Shown piece by piece: positions 45,001 to 60,000 of a DNA stretch of 64,000 nt; positions within the stretch are counted from its first letter, which is position 1, and the number at the start of each line of letters is the position of its first letter. The translations under genes and the position numbers were made by a program. The notes under the pieces were generated by a model. The model was not told where the DNA came from. It was given only the letters and a program-made list of their open reading frames with translations, and made no database searches. This DNA comes from Eledone cirrhosa (Eukaryota), in the NCBI GenBank assembly GCA_964016885.1, contig OZ024742.1:44764001-44828000 (forward strand). The letters run 5' to 3'.

Positions 45001-48000
45001 TGACAATGTTGATAGTGGTGACAATGTTGATGGTGGTGACAATGTTGATAGTGGTCACAATGATGATAGTGGTGACAATGATGATAGTGGTGTCAATGAT
45101 AGTGGTGACAATGATGATAGTGGTGACTATGTTGATAGTGGTGACAATGATGATAGTGATGACAATGTTGATAGTGGTGACAATGATAGTGGTGACAATG
45201 TTGATAGTGGTGACAATGATGATAGTGGTGACAATGTTGATAGTGGTGACAATGATGATAGTGGTGACAATGTTGATAGTGGTGACAATGTTGATAGTGG
45301 TGACAATGTTGATAGTGATGACAATGTTGATAGTGGTGACAATGTTGATAGTGGTGACAATGTTGATAGTGGTGACAATGATGATAGTGGTGACAATGTT
45401 GATAGTGGTGACAATGTTGATAGTGGTGACAATGTTGATAGTGGTGACAATGTTGATAGTGGTGACAATGTTGATAGTGGTGACAATGATAGTGGTGACA
45501 ATGATGATACTGGTGACAATGATGATAGTGATGACAATGTTGATAGTGGTGACAATGATGATAGTGATGACAATGTTGATAGTGGTGACAATGATGATAG
45601 TGATGACAATGTTGATAGTGGTGACAATGTTGATAGTGGTGACAATGTTGATAGTGGTGACAATGTTGATAGTGGTGACAATGTTGATAGTGGTGACAAT
45701 GATAGTGGTGACAATGATAGTGGTGACAATGATAGTGGTGACAATGTTGATAGTGGTGACAATGTTGATAGTGGTGACAATGTTGATGGTGGTGACAATG
45801 TTGATAGTGGTGACAATGATGATAGTGGTGACAATATTGATAGTGGTGACAATGTTGATAGTGGTGACAATGATGATAGTGGTGTCAATGATAGTGGTGA
45901 CAATGATGATAGTGGTGACAATGTTGATAGTGGTGACAATGTTGATGGTGGTGACAATGTTGATAGTGGTGACAATGTTGATAGTGGTGACAATATTGAT
46001 AGTGGTGACAATGTTGATAGTGGTGACAATGATGATAGTGGTGTCAATGATAGTGGTGACAATGATGATAGTGGTGACAATGTTGATAGTGGTGACAATG
46101 TTGATAGTGGTGACAATGTTGATGGTGGTGACAATGTTGATAGTGGTGACAATGATGATAGTGGTGACAATGATGATAGTGGTGTCAATGATAGTGGTGA
46201 CAATATTGATAGTGGTGACAATGTTGATAGTGGTGACAATGATGATAGTGGTGTCAATGATACTGGTGACAATGATGATAGTGGTGACAATGTTGATAGT
46301 GGTGACAATGTTGATAGTGGTGACAATGTTGATAGTGGTGACGATGATAGTGGTGACAATGTTGATAGTGGTGACAATGTTGATAGTGGTGACAATGTTG
46401 ATAGTGGTGACAATGTTGATAGTGGTGACAATGTTGATAGTGGTGACAATGTTGATGGTGGTGACAATGTTGATAGTGGTGACAATGATGATAGTGGTGA
46501 CAATGATAGAGGTGACTATGTTGATAGTGGTGACAATGATGATAGTGATGACAATGTTGATAGTGGTGACAATGATAGTGGTGACAATGTTGATAGTGGT
46601 GACAATGTTGATAGTGGTGACAATGTTGATAGTGGTGACAATATGGAAAGTGGTGACAGTGTTGATAGTGGTGTCAATGTTGATAGTGGTGACAATGATG
46701 ATAGTGGTGACAATGTTGATAGTGGTGACAATGTTGATAGTGGTGACAATGTTGATAGTGGTGACAATGATAGTGGTGACAATGATAGTGGTGACAATGT
46801 TGATAGTGGTGACAATGTTGATAGTGGTGACAATGTTGATAGTGGTGACAATGATAGTGGTGACAATGATAGTGGTGACAATGTTGATAGTGGTGACAAT
46901 GTTGATAGTGGTGACAATGTTGATAGTGGTGACAATGTTGATAGTGGTGACAATGTTGATGGTGGTGACAATGTTGATAGTGGTCACAATGATGATAGTG
47001 GTCACAATGATGATAGTGGTGTCAATGATAGTGGTGACAATGATGATAGTGGTGACTATGTTGATAGTGGTGACAATGATGATAGTGATGACAATGTTGA
47101 TAGTGGTGACAATGATAGTGGTGACAATGTTGATAGTGGTGACAATGATGATAGTGGTGACAATGTTGATAGTGGTGACAATGATGATAGTGGTGACAAT
47201 GTTGATAGTGGTGACAATGTTGATAGTGGTGACAATGTTGATAGTGATGACAATGTTGATAGTGGTGACAATGTTGATAGTGGTGACAATGTTGATAGTG
47301 GTGACAATGATGATAGTGGTGACAATGTTGATAGTGGTGACAATGTTGATAGTGGTGACAATGTTGATAGTGGTGACAATGTTGATAGTGGTGACAATGT
47401 TGATAGTGGTGACAATGATAGTGGTGACAATGATGATACTGGTGACAATGATGATAGTGATGACAATGTTGATAGTGGTGACAATGATGATAGTGATGAC
47501 AATGTTGATAGTGGTGACAATGATGATAGTGATGACAATGTTGATAGTGGTGACAATGTTGATAGTGGTGACAATGTTGATAGTGGTGACAATGTTGATA
47601 GTGGTGACAATGTTGATAGTGGTGACAATGATAGTGGTGACAATGATAGTGGTGACAATGATAGTGGTGACAATGTTGATAGTGGTGACAATGTTGATAG
47701 TGGTGACAATGTTGATGGTGGTGACAATGTTGATAGTGGTGACAATGATGATAGTGGTGACAATATTGATAGTGGTGACAATGTTGATAGTGGTGACAAT
47801 GATGATAGTGGTGTCAATGATAGTGGTGACAATGATGATAGTGGTGACAATGTTGATAGTGGTGACAATGTTGATGGTGGTGACAATGTTGATAGTGGTG
47901 ACAATGTTGATAGTGGTGACAATATTGATAGTGGTGACAATGTTGATAGTGGTGACAATGATGATAGTGGTGTCAATGATAGTGGTGACAATGATGATAG

Positions 48001-51000
48001 TGGTGACAATGTTGATAGTGGTGACAATGTTGATAGTGGTGACAATGTTGATGGTGGTGACAATGTTGATAGTGGTGACAATGATGATAGTGGTGACAAT
48101 GATGATAGTGGTGTCAATGATAGTGGTGACAATATTGATAGTGGTGACAATGTTGATAGTGGTGACAATGATGATAGTGGTGTCAATGATACTGGTGACA
48201 ATGATGATAGTGGTGACAATGTTGATAGTGGTGACAATGTTGATAGTGGTGACAATGTTGATAGTGGTGACGATGATAGTGGTGACAATGTTGATAGTGG
48301 TGACAATGTTGATAGTGGTGACAATGTTGATAGTGGTGACAATGTTGATAGTGGTGACAATGTTGATAGTGGTGACAATGTTGATGGTGGTGACAATGTT
48401 GATAGTGGTGACAATGATGATAGTGGTGACAATGATAGAGGTGACTATGTTGATAGTGGTGACAATGATGATAGTGATGACAATGTTGATAGTGGTGACA
48501 ATGATAGTGGTGACAATGTTGATAGTGGTGACAATGTTGATAGTGGTGACAATGTTGATAGTGGTGACAATATGGAAAGTGGTGACAGTGTTGATAGTGG
48601 TGTCAATGTTGATAGTGGTGACAATGATGATAGTGGTGACAATGTTGATAGTGGTGACAATGTTGATAGTGGTGACAATGTTGATAGTGGTGACAATGAT
48701 AGTGGTGACAATGATAGTGGTGACAATGTTGATAGTGGTGACAATGTTGATAGTGGTGACAATGTTGATAGTGGTGACAATGATAGTGGTGACAATGATA
48801 GTGGTGACAATGTTGATAGTGGTGACAATGTTGATAGTGGTGACAATGTTGATAGTGGTGACAATGTTGATAGTGGTGACAATGATGATAGTGGTGTCAA
48901 TGATAGTGGTGACAATGTTGATAGTGGTGACAATGTTGATAGTGGTGACAATATTGATAGTGATGACAATGTTGATAGTGATGACAATGATAGTGGTGAC
49001 AATGTTGATAGTGGTGACAATGTTGATAGTGGTGACAATGTTGATAGTGGTGACAATGTTGATAGTGGTGACAATGATAGTGGTGACAATGTTGATAGTG
49101 GTGACAATGTTGATAGTGGTGACAATGATAGGGGTGACAATGTTGATAGTGATGACAATGTTGAAAGTGGTGACAAAGTTGATAGTGGTGAGAATGTTGA
49201 TAGTGGTGACAATGGTGATAGTGGTGACAATAATGATAGTGGTGACAATGATAGTGGTGACAATGTTGATAGTGGTGACAATATTGATAGTGGTGACAAT
49301 GTTGATAGTGATGACAATGTTGATAGTGGTGACAATGTTGATAGTGGTGACAATGATGATAGTGGTGACAATGTTGATAGTGGTGACAATGTTGATAGTG
49401 GTGACAATGTTGATAGTGGTGACAAAGTTGATAGTGATGACAATGTTGATAGTGGTGACAAGGTAGATAGTGATGACAATAGTGATAGTGGTGACAATGT
49501 TCATAGTGGTGACAATGATAGTGGTGACAATGTTGATAGTGGTGACAATGTTGATAGTGGTGACAATGTTGATAGTGGTGACAATGATGATAGTGGTGAC
49601 AATGTTGATAGTGGTGACAATGATAGTGGTGACAATGTTGATAGTGGTGACAATGTTGATAGTGGTGACAATGTTGATAGTGGTGACAATGTTGAAGGTG
49701 GTGACAATGTTGATAGTGGGGACAATGTTGATAGTGGTGACAAGGTTGATAGTGGGGACAATGTTGATAGTGGTGACAAGGTTGATAGTGGGGACAATGT
49801 TGATAGAGGTGACAAGGTTGATAGTGATGACAATATTGATAGTGGTGACAATGTTGATAGTGGTGACAATGTTGATAGTGGTGACAATGTTGATAGTGGT
49901 GACAATGTTGATAGTGGTGACAATGTTGATAGTGGTGACAATGTTGATAGTGGTGACAATGCTGATAGTGATGAAAATGTTGATAGTGGTGACAATGTTG
50001 ATAGTGGTGACAATGATGATAGTGGTGACAATGATGATAGTGACGACAATGTTGATAGTGGTGACAATGTTGATAGTGGTGACAATGTTGATAGTGGTGA
50101 CAATGTTGATAGTGGTGACAATGTTGATAGTGGTGACAATGTTGATAGTGGTGACAATGTTGATAGTGGTAACAATGATGATAGTGGTGACAATGTTGAT
50201 AGTGGTGACAAGGTTGATAGTGATGACAATGTTGATAGTGGTGACAAGGTTGATAGTGATGACAATGTTGATAGTGGTGACAAGGTTGATAGTGATGACA
50301 ATGTTGATAGTGGTGACAAGGTTGATAGTGATGACAATGATAGTGGTGACAATGTTGATAGTGGTGACAATGTTGATAGTGGTGACAATGTTGATAGTGG
50401 TGACAATGATAGTGGTGACAATGTTGATAGTGGTGACAATGTTGATAGTGGTGACAATGTTGATAGTGGTGACAATGATGATAGTGGTGACAATATGGAT
50501 AGTGGTGACAATGATGATAGTGATGACAATGTTGATAGTGGTGACAATGTTGATAGTGGTGACAATGTTGATAGTGGTGACAATGATGATAGTGATGACA
50601 ATGTTGATAGTGGTGACAATGTTGATAGTGGTGACAATGATGATAGTGATGACAATGTTGATAGTGGTGACAATGATAGTGGTGACAATGATGATACTGG
50701 TGACAATATGGATAGTGGTGACAATGATGATAGTGATGACAATGTTGATAGTGGTGACAATGATGATAGTGATGACAATGTTGATAGTGGTGACAATGTT
50801 GATAGTGGTGACAATGTTGATAGTGGTGACAATGTTGATAGTGGTGACAATGTTGATAGTGGTGACAATGTTGATAGTGGTGACAATGATAGTGGTGACA
50901 ATGTTGATAGTGGTGACAATGTTGATAGTGGTGACAATGTTGATAGAGGTGTCAATGATGATAGTGGTGACAATGATAGTGGTGACAATGATAGTGGTGA

Positions 51001-54000
51001 CAATGATAGTGGTGACAATGTTGATAGTGGTGACAATGTTGATAGTGGTGACAATGTTGATGGTGGTGACAATGTTGATAGTGGTGACAATGTTGATAGT
51101 GGTGACAATGTTGATAGTGGTGACAATGTTGATAGTGGTGACAATGATGATAGTGGTGTCAATGATAGTGGTGACAATGTTGATAGTGGTGACAATATTG
51201 ATAGTGGTGACAATGTTGATAGTGGTGTCAATGATGATAGTGGTGTCAATGATAGTGTTGACAATGTTGATAGTGGTGACAATGTTGATAGTGGTGACAA
51301 TGTTGATAGTGGTGACAATGTTGATAGTGGTGACAATGTTGATAGTGGTGACAATGATAGTGGTGACAATGTTGATAGTGGTGACAATGTTGATAGTGGT
51401 GACAATGTTGATAGTGGTGACAATGTTGATAGTGGTGACAATGATGATAGTGGTGACAATGTTGAAAGTGGTGACAATGTTGATAGTGGTGACAATGTTG
51501 ATAGTGGTGACAAGGTTGATAGTGGTGACAATGTTGATAGTGGTGACAATGTTGATAGTGGTGACAATGTTGAAAGTGGTGACAATGTTGAAAGTGGTGA
51601 CAATGTTGATAGTGGTGACAATGTTGATAGTGGTGACAATGTTGAAAGTGGTCACAATGTTGATAGTGGTGACAATGATGATAGTGGTGACAACGTTGAT
51701 AGTGGTGACAATGTTGATAGTGTTGACAATGATGATAGTGGTGACAATGTTGATAGTGGTGACAATGTTGATAGTGGTCACAATGTTGATAGTGGTGACA
51801 ATGTTGATAGTGGTGACAATGTTGATAGTGGTGACAATGATAGTGGTGACAATGTTGATAATGGTGACAATGTTGATAGTGGTGACAATGTTGATAGTGG
51901 TGACAATGATAGTGGTGACAATGTTGATAATGGTGACAATGTTGATAGTGGTGACAATGTTGATAGTGATGACAATGTTGATAGTGGTGACAATGATGAT
52001 AGTGGTGACAATGTTGATAGTGGTGACAATGTTGATAGTGGTGAAAATGTTGATAGTGGTGACAATGATGATAGTGGTGACAATGATGATAGTGGTGACA
52101 ATGATAGTGGTGACAATGTTGATAGTGGTGACAATGATAGTGGTGAAAATGTTGATAATGGTGACAATGTTGATAGCGGTGACAATGTTGATAGCGGTGA
52201 CAATGTTGATAGTGGTGACAAGGTTGATAGTGATGACAATGTTGATAGTGGTGACAATGATGATACTGGTGACAATATGGATAGTGGTGACAATGATGAT
52301 AGTGATGACAATGTTGATAGTGGTGACAATGATGATAGTGGTGACAATGTTGATAGCTGTGACAATGTTGATAGTGGTGACAATGTTGATAGTGATGACA
52401 ATGTTGATAGTGGTGACAATGATGATAGTGGTGACAAGGTTGATAGTGATGACAATGATGATAGTGATGACAATGTTGATAGTGGTGACAATGATGATAG
52501 TGGTGACAATGATGATAGTGGTGACAATGTTGATAGTGGTGACAATGTTGATAGTGGTGACAATGATAGTGGTGACAATGATGATACTGGTGACAATGAT
52601 GATAGTGATGACAATGTTGATAGTGGTGACAATGATGATAGTGATGACAATGTTGATATTGGTGACAATGATGATAGTGATGACAATGTTGATAGTGGTG
52701 ACAATGTTGATAGTGGTGACAATGTTGATAGTGGTGACAATGTTGATAGTGGTGACAATGTTGATAGTGGTGACAATGATAGTGGTGACAATGATAGTGG
52801 TGACAATGATAGTGGTGACAATGTTGATAGTGGTGACAATGTTGATAGTGGTGACAATGTTGATGGTGGTGACAATGTTGATAGTGGTGACAATGTTGAT
52901 AGTGGTGACAATGTTGATGGTGGTGACAATGATGATAGTGGTGTCAATGATAGTGGTGACAATATTGATAGTGGTGACAATGTTGATAGTGGTGACAATG
53001 ATGATAGTGGTGTCAATGATAGTGGTGACAATGATGATAGTGGTGACAATGTTGATAGTGGTGACAATGTTGATAGTGGTGACAATGTTGATAGTGGTGA
53101 CAATGTTGATAGTGGTGACAATGATGATAGTGGTGACAATGATGATAGTGGTGTCAATGATAGTGGTGACAATATTGATAGTGGTGACAATGTTGATAGT
53201 GGTGACAATGATGATAGTGGTGTCAATGATAGTGGTGACAATGATGATAGTGGTGACAATGTTGATAGTGGTGACAATGTTGATAGTGGTGACAATGTTG
53301 ATAGTGGTGACAATGTTGATAGTGGTGACAATGTTGATAGTGGTGACAATGTTGATAGTGGTGACAATGTTGATAGTGGTGACAATAGTGATAGTGGTGA
53401 CAATGTTCATAGTGGTGACAATGATAGTGGTGACAATGTTGATAGTGGTGACAATGTTGATAGTGGTGACAATGTTGATAGTGGTGACAATGATGATAGT
53501 GGTGTCAATGATAGTGGTGACAATGTTGATAGTGGTGACAATGTTGATAGTGGTGACAATGTTGATAGTGGTGACGATGATAGTGGTGACAATGTTGATA
53601 GTGGTGACAATGTTGATAGTGGTGACAATGTTGATAGTGGTGACAATGATAGTGGTGACAATGTTGATAGTGGTGACAATGTTGATAGTGGTGACAATGT
53701 TGATAGTGGTGACAATATGGATAGTGGTGACAGTGTTGATAGTGGTGTCAATGTTGATAGTGGTGACAATGATGATAGTGGTGACAATGTTGATAGTGGT
53801 GACAATGTTGATAGTGGTGACAATGTTGATAGTGGTGACAATGATAGTGGTGTCAATGATAGTGGTGACAATGTTGATAGTGGTGACAATGTTGATAGTG
53901 GTGACAATGATAGTGGTGACAATGATAGTGGTGACAATGTTGATAGTGGTGACAATGTTGATAGTGGTGACAATGTTGATAGTGGTGACAATGATAGTGG

Positions 54001-57000
54001 TGACAATGATAGTGGTGACAATGTTGATAGTGGTGACAATGTTGATAGTGGTGACAATGTTGATAGTGGTGACAATGTTGATAGTGGTGACAATGATGAT
54101 AGTGGTGTCAATGATAGTGGTGACAATGTTGATAGTGGTGACAATGTTGATAGTGGTGACAATATTGATAGTGATGACAATGTTGATAGTGATGACAATG
54201 ATAGTGGTGACAATGTTGATAGTGGTGACAATGTTGATAGTGGTGACAATGTTGATAGTGGTGACAATGTTGATAGTGGTGACAATGATAGTGGTGACAA
54301 TGTTGATAGTGGTGACAATGTTGATAGTGGTGACAATGTTGATAGTGGTGACAATGATAGGGGTGACAATGTTGATAGTGATGACAATGTTGAAAGTGGT
54401 GACAAAGTTGATAGTGGTGACAATGTTGATAGTGGTGACAATGGTGATAGTGGTGACAATGATGATAGTGGTGACAATGATAGTGGTGACAATGTTGATA
54501 GTGGTGACAATATTGATAGTGGTGACAATGATAGAGGTGACAATGTTGATAGTGGTGACAATGTTGATAGTGGTGACAATGTTGATAGTGGTGACAATGT
54601 TGATAGTGGTGACAATGATAGTGGTGACAATGATGATAGTGGTGACAATGTTGATAGTGGTGACAATGTTGATAGTGGTGACAATGTTGATATTGGTGAC
54701 AATGATAGGGGTGACAATGTTGATAGTGATGACAATGTTGATAGTGGTGACAATGTTGATAGTGGTGACAATGTTGATAGTGGTGACAATGTTGATAGTG
54801 GTGACAATGATAGTGGTGACAATGTTGATAGTGGTGACAATGTTGATAGTGGTGACAATGTTGATAGTGGTGACAATGATAGTGGTGACAATGTTGATAA
54901 TGGTGACAATGATGATAGTGGTGACAATGATAGTGGTGATAATGTTGATAGTGGTGACAATGTTGATAGTGGTGACAATGTTGATAGTGGTGACAATGTT
55001 GATAGTGGTGACAATGTTGATAGTGATGACAATGTTGATAGTGGTGACAACGATGATAGTGGTGACAATGTTGATAGTGGTGACAATGTTGATAGTAGTG
55101 ACAATGTTGATAGTGGTGACAATGTTGATAGTGGTGACAATGATGATAGTGGTGACAATGTTGATAGTGGTGACAATGATTATAGTGGTGACAATGTTGA
55201 TAGTGGTGACAATGTTGATAGTGGTGACAATGATGATAGTGGTGACAATGTTGATAGTGGTGACGATGATGATAGTGGTGACAATGTTGATAGTGGTGAC
55301 AATGATGATAGTGGTGACAATGTTGATAGTGGTGACAATGTTGATAGTGGTGACAATGTTGATAGTGGTGACAATGATGATAGTGGTGACAATGTTGATA
55401 GTGGTGACAATGTTGATAGTGGTGACAATGATGATAGTGGTGACAATGTTGATAGTGGTGACGATGATGATAGTGATGACAATGTTGATAGTGGTGACGA
55501 TGATGATAGTGGTGACAATGTTGATAGAGGTGACAATGTTGATAGTGGTGACAATGTTGATAGTGGTGACAATGATGATAGTGATGACAATGTTGATAGT
55601 GGTGACAATGATAGTGGTGACAATGTTGATAGTGGTGACAATATGGATAGTGGTGACAATGATGATAGTGATGACAATGTTGATAGTGGTGACAATGATA
55701 GTGGTGACAATGTTGATAGTGGTCACAATGTTGATAGTGGTGACAATGCTGATAGTGGTGACAATGATAGTGGTGACAATGTTGATAGTGGTGACAATGT
55801 TGATAGTGGTGACAATGATAGTGGTGACAATGATAGTGGTGACAATGTTGATAGTGGTGACAATGTTGATAGTGGTGACAATGTTGATAGTGGTGACAAT
55901 GATAGTGGTGACAATGATAGTGGTGACAATGTTGATAGCGGTGACAATGTTGATAGTGGTGACAATGTTGATAGTGGTGACAATGATAGTGGTGACAATG
56001 TTGATAGTGGTGACAATGTTGATAGTGGTGACAATGTTGATAGTGGTGACAATGATGATAGTGGTGTCAATGATAGTGGTGACAATGTTGATAGTGGTGA
56101 CAATGTTGATAGGGGTGACAATGTTGATAGTGGTGACAATGTTGATAGTGGTGACAATGTTGATAGTGATGACAATGTTGATAGTGGTGACAATGTTGAT
56201 AGTGGTGACAATGTTGATAGCGGTGACAATGTTGATAGTGGTGACAATGTTGATAGTGGTGACAATGTTGATAGTGGTGACAATGTTGATAGGGGTGACA
56301 ATGTTGATAGTGGTGACAATGTTGATAGTGGTGACAATGTTGATAGTGGTGACAATGATAGTGGTGACAATGATAGTGGTGACAATGTTGATAGCGGTGA
56401 CAATGTTGATAGTGGTGACAATGTTGATAGTGGTGACAATGTTGATAGTGGTGACAATGTTGATAGCGGTGACAATGTTGATAGTGGTGACAATGTTGAT
56501 AGTGGTGACAATGATGATAGTGGTGTCAATGATAGTGGTGACAATGTTGATAGTGGTGACAATGTTGATAGGGGTGACAATGTTGATAGTGGTGACAATG
56601 TTGATAGTGGTGACAATGTTGATAGTGATGACAATGTTGATAGTGGTGACAATGTTGATAGGGGTGACAATGTTGATAGTGGTGACAATGTTGATAGTGG
56701 TGACAATGTTGATAGTGATGACAATGTTGATAGTGGTGACAATGTTGATAGTGGTGACAATGTTGATAGCGGTGACAATGTTGATAGTGGTGACAATGTT
56801 GATAGTGGTGACAATGTTGATAGTGGTGACAATGTTGATAGGGGTGACAATGTTGATAGTGGTGACAATGTTGATAGTGGTGACAATGTTGATAGTGGTG
56901 ACAATGATAGTGGTGACAATGATAGTGGTGACAATGTTGATAGCGGTGACAATGTTGATAGTGGTGACAATGTTGATAGTGGTGACAATGATAGTGGTGA

Positions 57001-60000
57001 CAATGTTGATAGTGGTGACAATGTTGATAGTGGTGACAATGTTGATAGTGGTGACAATGATGATAGTGGTGTCAATGATAGTGGTGACAATGTTGATAGT
57101 GGTGACAATGTTGATAGGGGTGACAATGTTGATAGTGGTGACAATGTTGATAGTGGTGACAATGTTGATAGTGATGACAATGTTGATAGTGGTGACAATG
57201 TTGATAGTGGTGACAATGATGATAGTGATGACAATGTTGATAGTGGTGACAATGATAGTGGTGACAATGTTGATAGTGGTGACAATGATAGTGGTGACAA
57301 TGTTGATAGTGGTCACAATGTTGATAGTGGTGACAATGTTGATAGTGGTGACAATGATAGTGGTGACAATGTTGATAGTGGTGACAATATGGATAGTGGT
57401 GACAATGATGATAGTGATGACAATGTTGATAGTGGTGACAATGATAGTGGTGACAATGTTGATAGTGGTCACAATGTTGATAGTGGTGACAATGCTGATA
57501 GTGGTGACAATGATAGTGGTGACAATGTTGATAGTGGTGACAATGTTGATAGTGGTGACAATGATAGTGGTGACAATGATAGTGGTGACAATGTTGATAG
57601 TAGTGACAATGTTGATAGTGGTGACAATGTTGATAGTGGTGACAATGTTGATAGTGGTGACAATGATGATAGTGGTGTCAATGATAGTGGTGACAATGTT
57701 GATAGTGGTGACAATGTTGATAGTGGTGACAATGTTGATAGTGGTGACAATGTTGATAGCGGTGACAATGTTGATAGTGGTGACAATGTTGATAGTGGTG
57801 ACAATGATAGTGGTGACAATGTTGATAGTGGTGACAATGTTGATAGTGGTGACAATGTTGATAGTGGTGACAATGATGATAGTGGTGTCAATGATAGTGG
57901 TGACAATGTTGATAGTGGTGACAATGTTGATAGGGGTGACAATGTTGATAGTGGTGACAATGTTGATGGTGGTGATAATGTTGATAGTGGTGACAATGTT
58001 GATAGCGGTGACAATGTTGATAGCGGTGACAATGTTGATAGTGGTGACAATGTTGATAGGGGTGACAATGTTGATAGTGGTGACAATGTTGATGGTGGTG
58101 ATAATGTTGATAGTGGTGACAATGTTGATAGCGGTGACAATGTTGATAGTGGTGATAATGTTGATAGTGGTGACAATGTTGATAGGGGTGACAATGTTGA
58201 TAGTGGTGACAATGTTGATGGTGGTGATAATGTTGATAGTGGTGACAATGTTGATAGTGGTGACAATGTTGATAGCGGTGACAATGTTGATAGTGGTGAC
58301 AATGTTGATAGTGGTGACAATGATAGTGGTGACAATGTTGATAGTGGTGACAATGTTGATAGGGGTGACAATGTTGATAGTGGTGACAATGTTGATGGTG
58401 GTGATAATGTTGATAGTGGTGACAATGATGATAGTGTTGACAATGTTGATAGTGGTGACAATGATAGTGGTGACAATGTTGATAGTGGTGACAATGTTGA
58501 TAGTGGTGACAATGATGATAGTGGTGTCAATGATAATGGTGACAATGTTGATAGTGGTGACAATGTTGATAGTGGTGACAATGTTGATAGTGATGACAAT
58601 GTTGATAGTGATGACAATGATAGTGGTGACAATGTTGATAGTGGTGACAATGTTGATAGTGGTGACAATGTTGATAGTGGTGACAATGATGATAGTGGTG
58701 TCAATGATAGTGGTGACAATGTTGATAGTGGTGACAATGTTGATAGTGGTGACAATGTTGATAGTGATGACAATGTTGATAGTGGTGACAATGTTGATAG
58801 TGGTGACAATGTTGATAGTGGTGACAATGTTGATAGTGGTGACAATGTTGATAGTGGTGACAATGTTGATAGTGGTGACAATGTTGATAGTGGTGACAAT
58901 GTTGATAGTGGTGACAATGATAGTGGTGACAATGATAGGGGTGACAATGTTGATAGTGGTGACAATGTTGATAGTGGTGACAATAGTGTTAGTGGTGACA
59001 ATGTTGATAGTGGTGACAATGATAGGGGTGACAATGTTGATAGTGATGACAATGTTGAAAGTGGTGACAATGTTGATAGTGGTGACAATGTTGATAGTGG
59101 TGACAATGTTGATAGTGGTGACAATGATGATAGTGGTGACAATGATAGTGGTGACAATGTTGATAGTGGTGACAATATTGATAGTGGTGACAATGATAGT
59201 GGTGACAATGTTGATAGTGGTGATAATGATGATAGTGGTGACAATGTTGATAGTGGTGACAATGTTGATAGTGGTCACAATGACAGTGGTGACAATGTTG
59301 ATAGTGGTGACAATGTTGATAATGTGACAATGTTGATAGTGGTGACAATGATGATAGTGGTGACAATGATAGTGGTGACAATGTTGAAGGTGGTGACAAT
59401 GTTGATAGTGGTGACAATGTTGATAGTGGTGACAATGTTGATAGTGGTGACAATGTTGATAGTGGTGACAATGTTGAGAAGTGGTGACAATGTTGATAGT
59501 GGTGACAATGTTGATAGTGGTGACAATGTTGATAGTGCTGACAATGTTGATAGTGGTGACAATGTTGATAGTGATGACAATGTTGATAGTGGTGACAAGG
59601 TTGATAGTGATGACAATAGTGATAGTGGTGACAATGTTGATAGTGGTGACAATGATAGTGGTGACAATGTTGATAGTGGTGACAATGATGATAGTGGTGA
59701 CAATGTTGATAGTGGTGACAATGTTGATAGTGCTGACAATGTTGATAGTGGTGACAATGTTGATATTGGTGACAATGTTGATAGTGGTGACAATGTTGAT
59801 AGTGGTGACAATGTTGACAGTGCTGACAATGTTGATAGTGATGACAATGTTGATAGTGGTGACAATGTTGATAGTGCTGACAATGTTGATAGAGGTGACA
59901 ATGTTGATAATGGTGACAATGTTGATAGTGGTGACAATGTTGATAGTGGTGACAATGTTGATAGTGGTGACAGTGTTGATAGTGGTCACAATGATGATAG

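Noticed and set aside
58989-59471. 160-aa ORF with a His/Cys-rich HHYQHC tail resembling a metal-binding protein
   Set aside because: It is a by-product of the -1 indel. The HHYQHC frame is interrupted elsewhere by GTC-variant TGA stops.
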